Counted from the stretch's first letter, positions 40,008 through 53,524 are shown. The stretch: DNA of 64,000 nt from Rhizophagus irregularis (GCF_026210795.1 NC_089434.1:1054001-1118000); one strand, 5' to 3'. Numbers and translations: made by a program. The notes: generated by a model not told the origin, from the sequence alone.

Positions 40008-40250
40008 GGAGCATAGTGTGCTTACTTTGTAAGCCTGTGAGTACCAGCTTTGCTGCAGTCTCACAGTAGGGCTGGCTGGGAATTTTTTTGGAGCGGTATA
40101 GTACTATGCGAAAGGGTTGGAGCATAGGCGCTTACTTTTAGTAAGCTCGTAGGTACCAGTTTTTGCTGCAGTCCTGCGATAGGACCGGTTGGTTGTGGTA
40201 CGGCATGGTGCTATGCGTAATTTTCATGGGAGGAGCATAGTGCGCTTCTT
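40008..40250 (+). repeat. ~112-bp degenerate GC-richer tandem repeat (2+ units) at the end of a T-rich repeat element (~39290-40280)
   Basis: ggagcatag..gcttacttt..gtaagc..gtaccag..ttgctgcagtc at ~40008 and ~40119; partial unit at ~40233. Confidence 0.65.
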
Positions 40251-43200
40251 AGGAAGTCCCTTGTGGCAGGGCCGTAATACTTAATCATTAATTGTCTATG
40301 AGAAAGTATAAGATTTTCAAATAAGATAAAAAAAAATTGATCGACGCATGATCACATTTGGAAAAGTAATTAATTTAATTTTATCAAAGTCACATCAAAT
40401 TCGCTTCTTATAATAAAAATTTTTTAAAAAAATATTTATTTGCCAAATTTTTATTTGATATGTATAAAGGTTTATAATAAAAAACTAGTATTACATCCTT
40501 TAAAAAGTTTAAATCACAAAAAAGTTTCTCTTTAACTTCTTTAGCCTACTTATTGAAGTGATGTAATGGATCTTTGGAAATGTTCATTGCACATTTCTTT
40601 AAAAAAAATTGATAAGTTAGGATAAGTTTTATTGTATATAAAAAATCGTGAATAAAAATTTTTTTTGTACTTTCTAATAATAGAAACGAGAATAATTTTA
40701 TGAGATCAAATATATAATTATGAGATTACTATTTAGTGCTAGAAAATTGTTTATGAAAAACTATGTTAAATAATTTAGGTAATTAAGAAATTTTATAGAT
40801 ATCTGATATATCAATTTATTCAATTTTTTTTTAAAAAATAATTCAATAATATAATTTATTTAATTTTTTGCCAATATTTATTATAAATGACACTGGATTT
40901 TGGTTCTTTTATCTGACTTATGCGAATTATGTTTAATTTTTATAAAAATTCTTTCAAAATTTTATTAAAATCAATAGCGTTCGATTCTATATATAAAAGA
41001 TTATGCATTTGATTGGTTATATCACATGATTGCTGATCTAATTCGAAATTTTAATTTCAGCTTCTCCGTAGTTATAATTCATTATGGTCTAAAGGTATTA
41101 CATAGAATAGTAATGATGAAGTTGATTAATAGGAATCATATTCCATTTTCATATTAGGTCCTTTCCAAAGAACGTCGTTTAACTTCCTTTGTTAGATAAT
41201 GCTAAAGAATGGTCTAAATTCACTTATCTCATTTCACAAAAAAAGATATTTTTTTTAAGCTCCTTTTTTTTAATACATACATTTTTGTTTAGCCTAGACC
41301 TAAGAAACCAAGACGCTGGGAACCTTCAGAAACATTGGATGTTTTAAATCACCTTTCTAGTAAATTTTAACGTGTGGTATGATATCCTGCGCTGAAGCAA
41401 TAAAGGCTACTAATATTAAATGAGGAAGTAGTTCAGTTTATGGTAAAGTTTATTATTAGAATTATGGATAATTGTGACATCTTATGGTAGAATAAAAAAG
41501 CGTGATTTAATAAAAGAAATGCGTCATAAAACCAAAGAAAGAAAGAGAAAGAAACTACGAAAAGACCGTGAGAAAAGGTATGGCATCAGAATTTATACAT
41601 TTAAGATGGTTGATACTATTATAAATTTATATTAATCTCATTTTCTGGTAATATAACTGAGACATCCACAAATCAGATGGTATTAAAGCCAAGAGGGACT
41701 ATTCGAGAAATTCGTGATTTGTGTATCTCAACTTCAGGTAAGTTGAAAAAGTTTCTATGATGATAATCTCCGATTGATTGATTTTTTTTTTGTAATATGA
41801 TTTATTGATTAATTTACGCAATGCTTTTATAGAATAATGGCTCTTCTGATTATTGATTTGTACATAATTTTTATCTAGAGAATAATAGGTTTCTTTTTTT
41901 CTTTCTTTCACATAATAAGGTGAGCTTAACCTTTATATTATGTATATTCTTTTTTACTTAAGCAAACATATCACATGATGATTTGTGTAAATTATTTATT
42001 ATACAAGTTTATAAGCGAAACTAAATTGAGCACGATTGAAGGATTTTTATCATCTTCTTTTTTAAGTTGAGGGATTTGGTGTTTAAAGTTGTAGTTTATT
42101 AAGAGTTGTTGGACAAATAAAAATTTTAAATAAGAGTATTTTAACAATATTGGTTTTTCGTTACGATACTCCTGTATTGTTAAAAGATATTCCAAGTTGA
42201 TCGACGATTATGTCCATCTGCCCAATCAAAATAAAGAGGGTTGCCTCCTGATCAAAATTAATAAAGTAGCGTGATCCGTTATTTTTTTTAAAAAAGGTTG
42301 TATTTAATTAATAAGTCTAAGCTCATCATGTGATAATAATACTAAAAATTATATCATAATTACCGAATAAACCCGTTTTCTTAATGTAACGCTTAGCCGT
42401 TTTATCAATTATAAAATAAAAAAAAAATATTCGTTTATTTATTTTTTCGTGATTTTTTTTTGTTAAAGAGACTTTTTATGCAACATTACATTTTTTAAAA
42501 ATATTTTTGCTGATTTCACATTAAATTTTTTGTATAATTACAAAATTTCTACAATTGTTATGTTCATTTAGTTCATTAAATTATGAATAATTTTTTTCTT
42601 CTAATCTTCTACTACTTTTTACCGTTTCTACTTTTTTTATATAAATATAAAAACTTTATTAACCAAATTTCTTAGATTTAAGAAAAAAGTAAACCTCTTA
42701 AATTATTTATATTTAAAAGATACCTTAAATAAATTAAAGACCAAAACGGTGGAATGTTTCAGAGTTGATTGAAAATTTTCATTAACCTTAATAATAATTT
42801 CTTCGAAGAATGATATGAAAACTCTTACGATACTTGTAATAAAGTGATAGAAACCACAAATATTTTCATGTTAATCTATTATATTATGAAAAAGCAAGCG
42901 AAAGAAAATGAAGAAGCTATAAAGAGAAGAAATTTGTGAACTATTCTAATCACGACTGCGCTGTGGAATTACTATTACAATATTTTTAGACGCGTATAAA
43001 ATAGCTTCGAATAATGAGCTTATGCAACATTTCATATTTAAAATAGCATGATTTCTTATCTCTCACTATGATTTAACAATTGGATAGCACAAGCAAACTA
43101 ACTTTTTATGTAGTAAAATCTACATATTTCGAGATGTTTAAGTTTAGTTCCATTTTTAAGCTTATTCAAGAAATTTTACAGATGCATATAAAGGAATGGA

Positions 43201-43716
43201 TACTAGTATATATAAATAAATACAGTGCTTATTTAAGTTTGTATATATATATATATATATATATATTATGTGAAAAATTCGTTATAATATAGTTAGAACT
43301 CTTATTATATATTGTCTTACGTACGCTTTAGCTGAAAGTTTTCAACAATTTGCCAACTTTATCAAGATATAATAATTTATGCTTGCATTAAAAAAATATA
43401 CAATAATACAAAGGAATTTGACTTTTATGCGGGATGCATAAATTGCATCCCATGCATAGTAATTCTGATATACATGGTATTTAAATTATTTAATAAATAC
43501 ATCATAATTGTCTCATGCGCAGCTTTTTTTGATACGCGTCTAAATTTAGACTTTTTTATTTCACATGATCACGTGTTTAAATTATATTATACTTTTTTTC
43601 CCAACGATTATCATCTTTCCTCTTCCCCTCTCTTCCTCTCTTCCTATCTCCCCTCTTCTTCTCTAGTCTCTCCTCTCAACCTCTTTCTCCCACTTATAAA
43701 TTTTATTACAACTAAA

Positions 43717-46292
43717 ATGAGTGACTCCGAATTTATGTCAAGCGATGATGAAATTTTCGATGAGGCTTTTGATAATGATTTTATTGAAAATATTCCTAAC
43801 GACAGTGACTCTGATGGTGAAGACAATGGCGGTTCCTCCAATGAAACTCTGAAATTGGAAGTTGGGATGGCTTTTCTCACCTGGAAGATTGCATTTAACC
43901 ACATCAAGCAATGGGCTCACCAACAGGGCTTTGGCATACGCAAAGGAAGATCAGAAAAAATAGAATCTAAATTAAGAAAACAAACAATTGTATGTTTTTG
44001 TGAAGGAGTTTATAATAATCAATCAAAAAAAACTAACAAACCATCAAAAACACATCGCACAAACTGCAAATGGCATGTTAATCTTTCTCGGCCAACAAAA
44101 AATAACCAAAACTCTATGATTTTCATTACTACAATTGTTGATGAACATTCTGGACACAGTTTGGATCCTTGTGCACGTCGATTTGAAGCAGATAAAGCTT
44201 TTACAAAACCAATGTTAGATGATATTGAATGGATGTATGTGCATGGTCATTTAAAGCCATTAGCAATTAAACGAATGTTGAAGGCTAAATATAAACGTAA
44301 AGTTTATAACAAGGATCTTTATAAAATAATTTACAAGTACCATCGCAATATTGATCAATTAGGCAATGATGTTTCACAACTTTTTGAGTATCTTGAAAAA
44401 TGTAAGGAAGATGATCCACGTTGGATAATTTATAAAGATTGGGACCGTGAAACCAACACACTGACGAAACTTTTTTGGATGAATCCTGATCAATTAGAAA
44501 CTTGGTATCGCTATAATGATGTAATTCTTAATGATAATACTTCAAAAACAAATCGTTATGAAATGTCTCTTTCTTTTTTTGTAGCAATAGACAATAGTAT
44601 GAAATCTCGAATTGTAGCACAAGCATTGATGGATCGTGAAACAAAGGATGCGTACGCTTGGGTTTTGCAATGTACAATTGATGCAACAGGAATTATTCCA
44701 AAAGTATTCATAACAGATGCTGATCCTGGTATGGATCTAGCTATTCGGTTAAAATATTCATCCACATTTCCTATTCATTGTATCTGGCATATTGGACAGA
44801 ATTTACCTTTACGTCTTAAGTCAAAGCTTGGTGGTTTATTTGACCAATTTAAAAAAGATTTTTATGAATGTAGGAATAGTTTGAAACAAGAAATATTTGA
44901 ACATCGTTGGGCAAATTTACTTATTAACTATCCAAATGCTGCTAATTATCTTGAAAAGTTTCTTTATCCTTCTAAATGTTCTTGGGCTCGAGCATTTAGT
45001 GTCATGATTTTTACAATAGATATTCAAACAACATCACGTTGTGAATCTGTTAATGCCACATTTAAAAATCTCTTACAAAATTCAAATAATACACTTGTAG
45101 ATATATTTTTTACTATTGAAGAGCGGTTAGAAGAAGAGCAAGATAATACTGATTATTTAAATTGGCAGAACTCTCTTACAACAATTCAATCCAGTACAAT
45201 AGCTTCTAATGCTTTTACTGATGTAATTAACAAACTCAAGGATTTTACAACTCCTTCAATTCAAAAAATTCATAATAATGAAATGGAATTGGCATTTAGT
45301 TATGACACTAGACCTTTGGATCAATCTTATATTAATAATGAAGATTCTCATGTATGATGTTAATTATTAAGTTCATTTATTTTTCAGATTGATATGTAAC
45401 AAATTTTAACTCTTTTTTAGGATTTATTATTTGCTAATGATTTTATTGAAAAACAAGAAGTACGGCAACTTTCCTTTCAGCAACTTTTACTATCATGTGA
45501 CCAGAAAGAAATTAAAAGTCTTTGGGGCGTTAGCTATTTAACCTCTTCCGATACACACCATTTAGTCATTTTATTAGATAATGGGATGTATAAATGTTCG
45601 TGTATGTCTCTGATTAATCGTGGTACTGTTTGTAGGCATTATTTCTGTGTAATGTTACGAACATCTCAAGCTCAATTCCATATTGGATTCCTTAATCCGC
45701 GGTGGTTTGTTGAAACTTCTCCAGATCTTAGGAGTCGTCCATTCTGTCCTGCTTCGAAGTTTAAAATGGATTTGGTTATTCCATATTTAGAATCTAATAA
45801 TCCTCCTAATTTTCTTCATTCAATAAATGAAAATATTTTGAATAGAAATAATCCGTATGTCACTCTTAGTAAGCAAAAGTTATATTATATGAATATTAAA
45901 GGTTTGTCTAAACAAGCAAGTTGTGTTGCTTGCAAAACTTGTGATGAATCTTTTGTTACATTACTTGAGGATTATATTACCAAGAAAATCATGAAGCATT
46001 GGAGTGGGCGCAACTTGGATCATTAAACAATCGATCTCAAGATTTGATTAATTTAGAACCTGATCAGGAAAATGCTGAACAACTTGGAAATCCTATAATT
46101 CGGCGGCCTAAGGGAAGACCTCCGGGAGTTGCAAGGTACAAAAATCCTTTAGAGGAATCATCTAAACCTAATGAAGGTACCTGTAAAAGAAAAAATCAAC
46201 AAAATAAATGTAGTTTGTGTAATAATGTTGGACATAATCGTACAACTTGTCCTTCAAATCCAAATGGAAAGAAAAGGAAAACATCATTGTAA
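43717..46292 (+). CDS. MULE (FAR1-like) transposase; exons 43717-45351 and 45421-46292; 1-nt deletion at ~45985 puts the C-terminal AT-hook/zinc knuckle out of frame
   Basis: Acidic N-terminus (MSDSEF), FAR1/WRKY-like domain (CFCEG..CKW..EHSGH), DDE core (LNDNT, ITDAD, CIWH, SRCES), SWIM (YKCSC..VCRH), AT-hook-like RPKGRP and CSLCNNVGHNRTTC. Sequence aagaaaatcatg here versus aagaaaaatcatg in the other arm. Confidence 0.9.
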
Positions 46293-46309
46293 TTTAATGG
46301 CTCAAATCA

Positions 46310-48628
46310 CTACTGTAATTCAAGCCGCTGCTGCGCCCACTCCAATGCTTCATGATTTTTCTTGGTAATATAATCCTCAAGTAATGTAACAAAAGATTCA
46401 TCACAAGTTTTGCAAGCAACACAACTTGCTTGTTTAGACAAACCTTTAATATTCATATAATATAACTTTTGCTTACTAAGAGTGACATACGGATTATTTC
46501 TATTCAAAATATTTTCATTTATTGAATGAAGAAAATTAGGAGGATTATTAGATTCTAAATATGGAATAACCAAATCCATTTTAAACTTCGAAGCAGGACA
46601 GAATGGACGACTCCTAAGATCTGGAGAAGTTTCAACAAACCACCGCGGATTAAGGAATCCAATATGGAATTGAGCTTGAGATGTTCATAACATTACACAG
46701 AAATAATGCCTACAAACAGTACCACGATTAATCAGAGACATACACGAACATTTATACATCCCATTATCTAATAAAATGACTAAATGGTGTGTATCGGAAG
46801 AGGTTAAATAGCTAACGCCCCAAAGACTTTTAATTTCTTTCTGGTCACATGATAGTAAAAGTTGCTGAAAGGAAAGTTGCCGTACTTCTTGTTTTTCAAT
46901 AAAATCATTAGCAAATAATAAATCCTAAAAAAGAGTTAAAATTTGTTACATATCAATCTGAAAAATAAATGAACTTAATAATTAACATCATACATGAGAA
47001 TCTTCATTATTAATATAAGATTGATCCAAAGGTCTAGCGTCATAACTAAATGCCAATTCCATTTCATTATTATGAATTTTTTGAATTGAAGGAGTTGTAA
47101 AATCCTTGAGTTTGTTAATTACATCAGTAAAAGCATTAGAAGCTATTGTACTGGATTGAATTGTTGTAAGAGAGTTCTGCCAATTTAAATAATCAGTATT
47201 ATCTTGCTCTTCTTCTAACCGCTCTTCAATAGTAAAAAATATATCTACAAGTGTATTATTTGAATTTTGTAAGAGATTTTTAAATGTGGCATTAACAGAT
47301 TCACAACGTGATGTTGTTTGAATATCTATTGTAAAAATCATGACACTAAATGCTCGAGCCCAAGAACATTTAGAAGGATAAAGAAACTTTTCAAGATAAT
47401 TAGCAGCATTTGGATAGTTAATAAGTAAATTTGCCCAACGATGTTCAAATATTTCTTGTTTCAAACTATTCCTACATTCATAAAAATCTTTTTTAAATTG
47501 GTCAAATAAACCACCAAGCTTTGACTTAAGACGTAAAGGTAAATTCTGTCCAATATGCCAGATACAATGAATAGGAAATGTGGATGAATATTTTAACCAA
47601 ATAGCTAGATCCATACCAGGATCAGCATCTGTTATGAATACTTTTGGAATAATTCCTGTTGCATCAATTGTACATTGCAAAACCCAAGCGTACGCATCCT
47701 TTATTTCACGATCCATCAATGCTTGTGCTACAATTCGAGATTTCATACTATTGTCTATTGCTACAAAAAAAGAAAGAGACATTTCATAACGATTTGTTTT
47801 TGAAGTATTATCATTAAGAATTACATCATTATAGCGATACCAAGTTTCTAATTGATCAGGATTCATCCAAAAAAGTTTCGTCAGTGTGTTGGTTTCACGG
47901 TCCCAATCTTTATAAATTATCCAACGTGGATCATCTTCCTTACATTTTTCAAGATACTCAAAAAGTTGTGAAACATCATTGCCTAATTGATCAATATTGC
48001 GATGGTACTTGTAAATTATTTTATAAAGATCCTTGTTATAAACTTTACGTTTATATTTAGCCTTCAACATTCGTTTAATTGCTAATGGCTTTAAATGACC
48101 ATGCACATACATCCATTCAATATCATCTAACATTGGTTTTGTAAAAGCTTTATCTGCTTCAAATCGACGTGCACAAGGATCCAAACTGTGTCCAGAATGT
48201 TCATCAACAATTGTAGTAATGAAAATCATAGAGTTTTGGTTATTTTTTGTTGGCCGAGAAAGATTAACATGCCATTTGCAGTTTGTGCGATGTGTTTTTG
48301 ATGGTTTGTTAGTTTTTTTTGATTGATTATTATAAACTCCTTCACAAAAACATACAATTGTTTGTTTTCTTAATTTAGATTCTATTTTTTCTGATCTTCC
48401 TTTGCGTATGCCAAAGCCCTGTTGGTGAGCCCATTGCTTGATGTGGTTAAATGCAATCTTCCAGGTGAGAAAAGCCATCCCAACTTCCAATTTCAGAGTT
48501 TCATTGGAGGAACCGCCATTATCTTCACCATCAGAGTCACTGTCGTTAGGAATATTTTCAATAAAATCATTATCAAAAGCCTCATCGAAAATTTCATCAT
48601 CGCTTGACATAAATTCGGAGTCACTCAT
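46310..48628 (-). pseudogene. Mirror MULE transposase copy; intron 46925-46993; nonsense codon at 46685-46687; lacks AT-hook/zinc knuckle
   Basis: Same protein as the + arm, but CGA->TGA just after the SWIM motif (VML*TS). The downstream frame ends ..EWAQQRLELQ*. Confidence 0.88.
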
Positions 48629-49129
48629 TTTAGTTGTAATAAAATTTATAAGTGGGAGAAAGAGGTTGAGAGGAGAGACTAGAGAAGAAGAGGGGAGATA
48701 GGAAGAGAGGAAGAGAGGGGAAGAGGAAAGATGATAATCGTTGGGAAAAAAAGTATAATATAATTTAAACACGTGATCATGTGAAATAAAAAAGTCTAAA
48801 TTTAGACGCGTATCAAAAAAAGCTGCGCATGAGACAATTATGATGTATTTATTAAATAATTTAAATACCATGTATATCAGAATTACTATGCATGGGATGC
48901 AATTTATGCATCCCGCATAAAAGTCAAATTCCTATATAAAAATATTTAAACTTCTTTTAAATATTTTAGATAATTTTTTACTACTAGCTAAAAAAGTTTA
49001 AGATATAAATTAATACTTATTTAAAGACTTAATGTTAGTAAATTAGTACTTTAAAAATACTACTCATTAATGTACTATTATTTTTCCAATAAATTGACTT
49101 ATTAAAATCATCAACTATAAAGTAAAAAT

Positions 49130-49450
49130 CAATTAATAAAATGATTAATGAATATTATACCATAATAAACACTTACTATTATCAGGAATTTGAAAGTCAT
49201 CATATGATTTACTATAAAATGCTACAAAGAAATAAAATCATTAGGTATTAAAAGTAAATAACTTTCAAATAAAAATTGTTGATTCATACCTTCTTGTTCT
49301 TCTATTATTATAATCGAGAATTTGAAAAATATATATTATACAATATTAGTATATTTTAAATTTTATAAATAATGGTAAGTATATAATAATTAATACCTTC
49401 TGTTGTATTTTTTGGTTCGGAGAAAGTTTCAAATTGATGAATTTTTCGGC
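49130..49450 (-). pseudogene. Orphan 3' exons of a TKL kinase paralog
   Basis: Minus strand encodes KIHQFETFSEPKNTTEG, the aagaacaagaag micro-exon and a DFQIPDN exon, matching the kinase array tail. Confidence 0.75.
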
Positions 49451-50559
49451 TTTTCACGGACGGTAGGATAATATATTGAAAAAAAAATTGGTATACGTAA
49501 TAAAAAATAATGTTCATTGTCAATTATTGTATTAGTCTTAAGTCTCTTCATATATAATATTTTTTTTATTTAGTAGGCATCATTGAATTTTAATGATAAA
49601 AAATTTACGATAAATTTTTTTATGACGATACACAATAAATAATCTAAAAGATTTTTTTTCAAAAAAAAAATGACATTGTAAATTATGTATCGTTCATATA
49701 ATATTTAAAATTATAAACCATATTATAGTTATCAACGAAAAAAATTGGTTTGGGCAATTTTTTTTTTTTCAAAAAAATTCATATTTTCACCTAAAAATCA
49801 TCATTAGAAAAAATATTAAAATATTTATAAAAAAAATCAAACAATTATATTCCTAACATAAGGTTTAATAAATTTAAAATTTGATCCGATTTGAAATCAG
49901 ATTATACAGCATAAAAACAATTTATATAATAAGAACATGATGAATTGGAAATTCTTGACGGTAAAGATCTTTTAAAATAATATTTTAGAATTACTAATTT
50001 ACTAAATTTTATATAAATTATAATTTTATTTCTAAGAATTTTGTTTCGTTCCTATATCCTGTGAAATCTAGTCTGGATCTTAAATTCTAGTGATGTTTAA
50101 TTGTAATTTCACATATTAGATTAAATTTCTATATCATTTAATAACAGGGCGTAACTCTGAATGAAAATGTGTTGTAATTGTTTCTTTTCTTTTTCTCTTT
50201 CTTTTTGTTTTTATCCCTATTTTTGAATTATTTAATCTCTAAATTTATAGTAAGATATCTTCAATTCTTTACATAGTTTGTAATTCATTATAACTTGAAA
50301 TATAAATTATTAATTTTTTTGTAAAAAATTATTACAATAACATGATAAAATTATCTATAAAAAACAAATAAAATAAAATGAAATTTTAATAGTTATATAC
50401 TTCCTATAATTATTTTCTGTTTCGCATATCTTTATTAATAAGTAAATTAATTATAGATCAATAGAAATATAAAAATAATAATCTCAGAGAAAATTATCTT
50501 TATAACTAAATTAACTATCTAAATCTAAAATCTATATTTATTTCTAGAAAATCTGTAAT

Positions 50560-52570
50560 TACAATCTAACTAAATTTACTTTCGTTATTTGCTTGTGATC
50601 ATTTTGTCAAATGTTACCTGTTTTTCTAATTCTAATAATTTCTTTAATTTGCTTTTTCTATATATTTTTGAGTTTTTGTTCGTTTTATCATCATTTTCTT
50701 TGTAACTACGACTATGTCCAATCGCTCTTTTATCTCTACCACTAATATTATTTAATTTTTCTCAACGATAATTTCAAATAATAGTTCTCAAATTATTAAA
50801 GCATAACTCCCATAATTCTTTTATTGTTTCATCACCTGATCACGACCTAAAATAATTGAATGTAATAACTCTAGTATTTTCTTATCTTGATGTTTCTGTT
50901 TTGAATTTTCTTCATAATCTACAAGCGTTGAAAAAACAACTTTCCTTATCGATCTTTTATTATCTTCACAAATCCATATGTGATTCCAGTCTCAATCTCT
51001 CTATTACATCTTATATCGCTCCGTCTATCATATTGTTTCCCGTTCATATAATATTATTAATTTTATAACCCCATCAAAACTATCCTCTTTGTTACATTGA
51101 AATTTGTTATGAACATTTCTATTACTAATAAAATTAAATGTCTCCGCAATCTATTTAATGAGGACTAATAATACCAAAAATATCATTTAATAGCGCACGA
51201 TGTAATATTTCATTTTCATATTTAGCAATTGTAACTTTTTTAGTCCAGTTACGATAATTTCCTGAAATTAAAAAACTCTTCCAATATAACGTGAATTCTT
51301 GAACTATTATATTATTACTTTTGAGTTTTAACGTATAAATAAGTATAATCCATTAATAAGTAAACGTTGATTTTTTAATATCGTCTTCTAAATCCTTTTT
51401 ATATTTCTCTACGTAGGCAAAATTATGGTTTTCTACCTCGATAATATCAATTTTATACTTATCTAATCATTCTTCAATAAAAGATAACTCGACCATGTAT
51501 TTATTATCAAGACGTCTTCGTATATTTCTCTCATTTATAAAGTTAATAATAATTCTCATTATCTGCTCATCTGTTATAATCGTTACATTACTATTAGAAG
51601 GAATTATTAATAATATTAATATACAGTTCACCCTCGCTATAGTGAAGCTCATGGGCTGAAGGTTAAGATTCACTATAGTAAGGGATTCACTATAGCGAAG
51701 GTGAACTGTATTAAGAATTATTATTTATATAGAAAATCCGTACCTGAGCTTTTCTTTACTATAGCAAATTATTCACTATATAAAAATTCACTATAGCGAG
51801 GGTGAACTGTATATGATAGTGTGTAAAATGGTGTCATCCATGAAAGCAGTCGTGTTGAATGTCAAATTTTCATCTATTTTTTTTCATCACTTGATCGTAC
51901 ATCGTCTTTATATCTTACTTCAATTCTATAACAAACTTCATTTCTTACTAATTCTAGTCTCGTTAGTGAAACATCGTAAAAAATACGCCATAATATTGGT
52001 GACCAAATCTCACCTTGGTCTAAACCGTCCCTTACATCGTAACTTCTTTGTTTACAATAACTCTATTAAATCTGTTATTAATGATATCCTACTATATTGA
52101 TGAGTTTTGTAGGAAGTTTTAAGCGTCCTAAGTTTTTTTCAAGCATAATACTACTAACAGAATCATAGACCTTTGAAATGTCCATTAGTAAAATTCAAGC
52201 TTCCTTTTTATATTTGTTGGCGTCTTTTATAATTCCTTGAATAATTTTAATTGGTTCAAACACACAGTTGTTACTCAATGCCACGTAATTATTAGGATTA
52301 AGAATTTCACTGATAATATTGCGTCAAGTCTTTTCTTTAAAATTTTCATCATTAGTTTTCTTGCTGTTTCAATAAGAGTTATCGGACGCGTTAAATTTAG
52401 ATCCTTATTCCAACCTTCTTTCTTCTCAATTGGATACACCAGTCTTCTTCATTCTCTAAACACTCATTAATTATTAATATTAAAAGCAATTTTGTAGTAT
52501 CTTTAGCTTTTTCCAAAATACATACGTTATACCACTACTTCCCGCTGCGGGCGCTGCCTTATTATTTTTT
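50560..52570 (-). mobile_element. Decayed non-LTR retrotransposon (LINE) RT and C-terminal zinc-knuckle region
   Basis: Minus-strand translation gives RT motifs in order: DLNLTRPITLIETARK (~52400), ILLMDISKVYDS (~52180), GLDQGEIWSPILWRIF (~52010), AFMDDT (~51840), then WNHIWIC (~50980). Many stops and frameshifts; boundaries approximate. Confidence 0.85.
51624..51809. mobile_element. pogo/Tc1-type MITE, TA TSD, nested in the LINE, with an extra internal right TIR ending at 51708
   Basis: TIR cagttcaccctcgctatagtgaa / ttcactatagcgagggtgaactg, TA flanks. Second copy ttcactatagcgaaggtgaactg-ta at ~51686-51710. Confidence 0.88.
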
Positions 52571-53524
52571 GATAAACTAATTATTTCTGTTGTTATAAAC
52601 TAATAAATTATAAAAAAAATATCGTTACTTGTGTTACGAAAGGACGAAAGGTGCATAATCAGAAGGATCATCCCAAAAAGAAATTGAGATGACGTAAGTG
52701 GATTGATGTAAAGAAAATACATGGGTTAATACGAGATATAGTTCACTCTGGACAATTGCCGTTATTAAATTTTTACTAATATGGTAGGAAATTTTATAAT
52801 CAAAATTATTTCTTTTAAACAACAAACAAGATGATAAATTTAATATGAAAATCTTAGTAAGGAAACATTAGAACAACGAATTATTTCTGCATAGCAGACA
52901 AAATTTTGATTTTGCAAATTAACCGAATATATGTGTAAAACTTAGTAATAACCAATAAATAATACAAGTATTAAGTAATTTATTCTTAATTTTTATTTAA
53001 AAATTATCCCTGCAAAAATTTTATGTAAAAACTCCGTGAATATAATACATTTACGGAAAAAATAACAAAAAATCTAAGCAACTTGGATAATTTCCATGTT
53101 TTGAGGCTATAAATTCCGTGCATTATTTACATTTGGTGTTCTAAAGGATTTAAGAAAATTGGGTTGGCGTATATTAGATATTGGTCTAAGATCTTCGATA
53201 TAATATCATGACATGATAAGATGTATTTAGAAAATAAAATAAAAATTCTATCATGATAAAATTAATATAATTATTGTAAGCATAATAAATGAGAGTTCTT
53301 ATATACTAATAATTAAATAAACAATTAAATTTCATCCGGACATACTAACATGGAATAAAAAAAACACGGAATAAATGTTCGATATAAAATATACAGAAGA
53401 TACGAAAAAATTGTTATGGTGTTACCGAATTTTTTCGTAACAAATTCATTATAAAGTATATAAAATTATAAATTCATTTATACAAAATAATATACATTTG
53501 CAATTGCTTCAAAGTATTTTATAA

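Larger units (their letters stand above)
43413..48932. mobile_element. 5.5-kb palindromic MULE derivative: arms 43413-46012 and 46332-48932, spacer 46013-46331
   Basis: Ends ggaatttgacttttatgcgggatgcat / atgcatcccgcataaaagtcaaattcc. The 627-aa ORFs on opposite strands differ at 3 residues. Identity stops at gagtgggcgca (46012 / 46332). No perfect TSD. Confidence 0.95.

Noticed and set aside
43474..43716. N-terminal 81 aa of the 627-aa MULE ORF (and its mirror)
   Set aside because: Runs through the terminal/promoter region and a CT-rich tract; ATG 43717 (MSDSEF) is the more plausible start.
43404..48941. TSD around the MULE palindrome
   Set aside because: Best match is aatacaaa vs tatataaa (6/8) in AT-rich DNA, which is not convincing.
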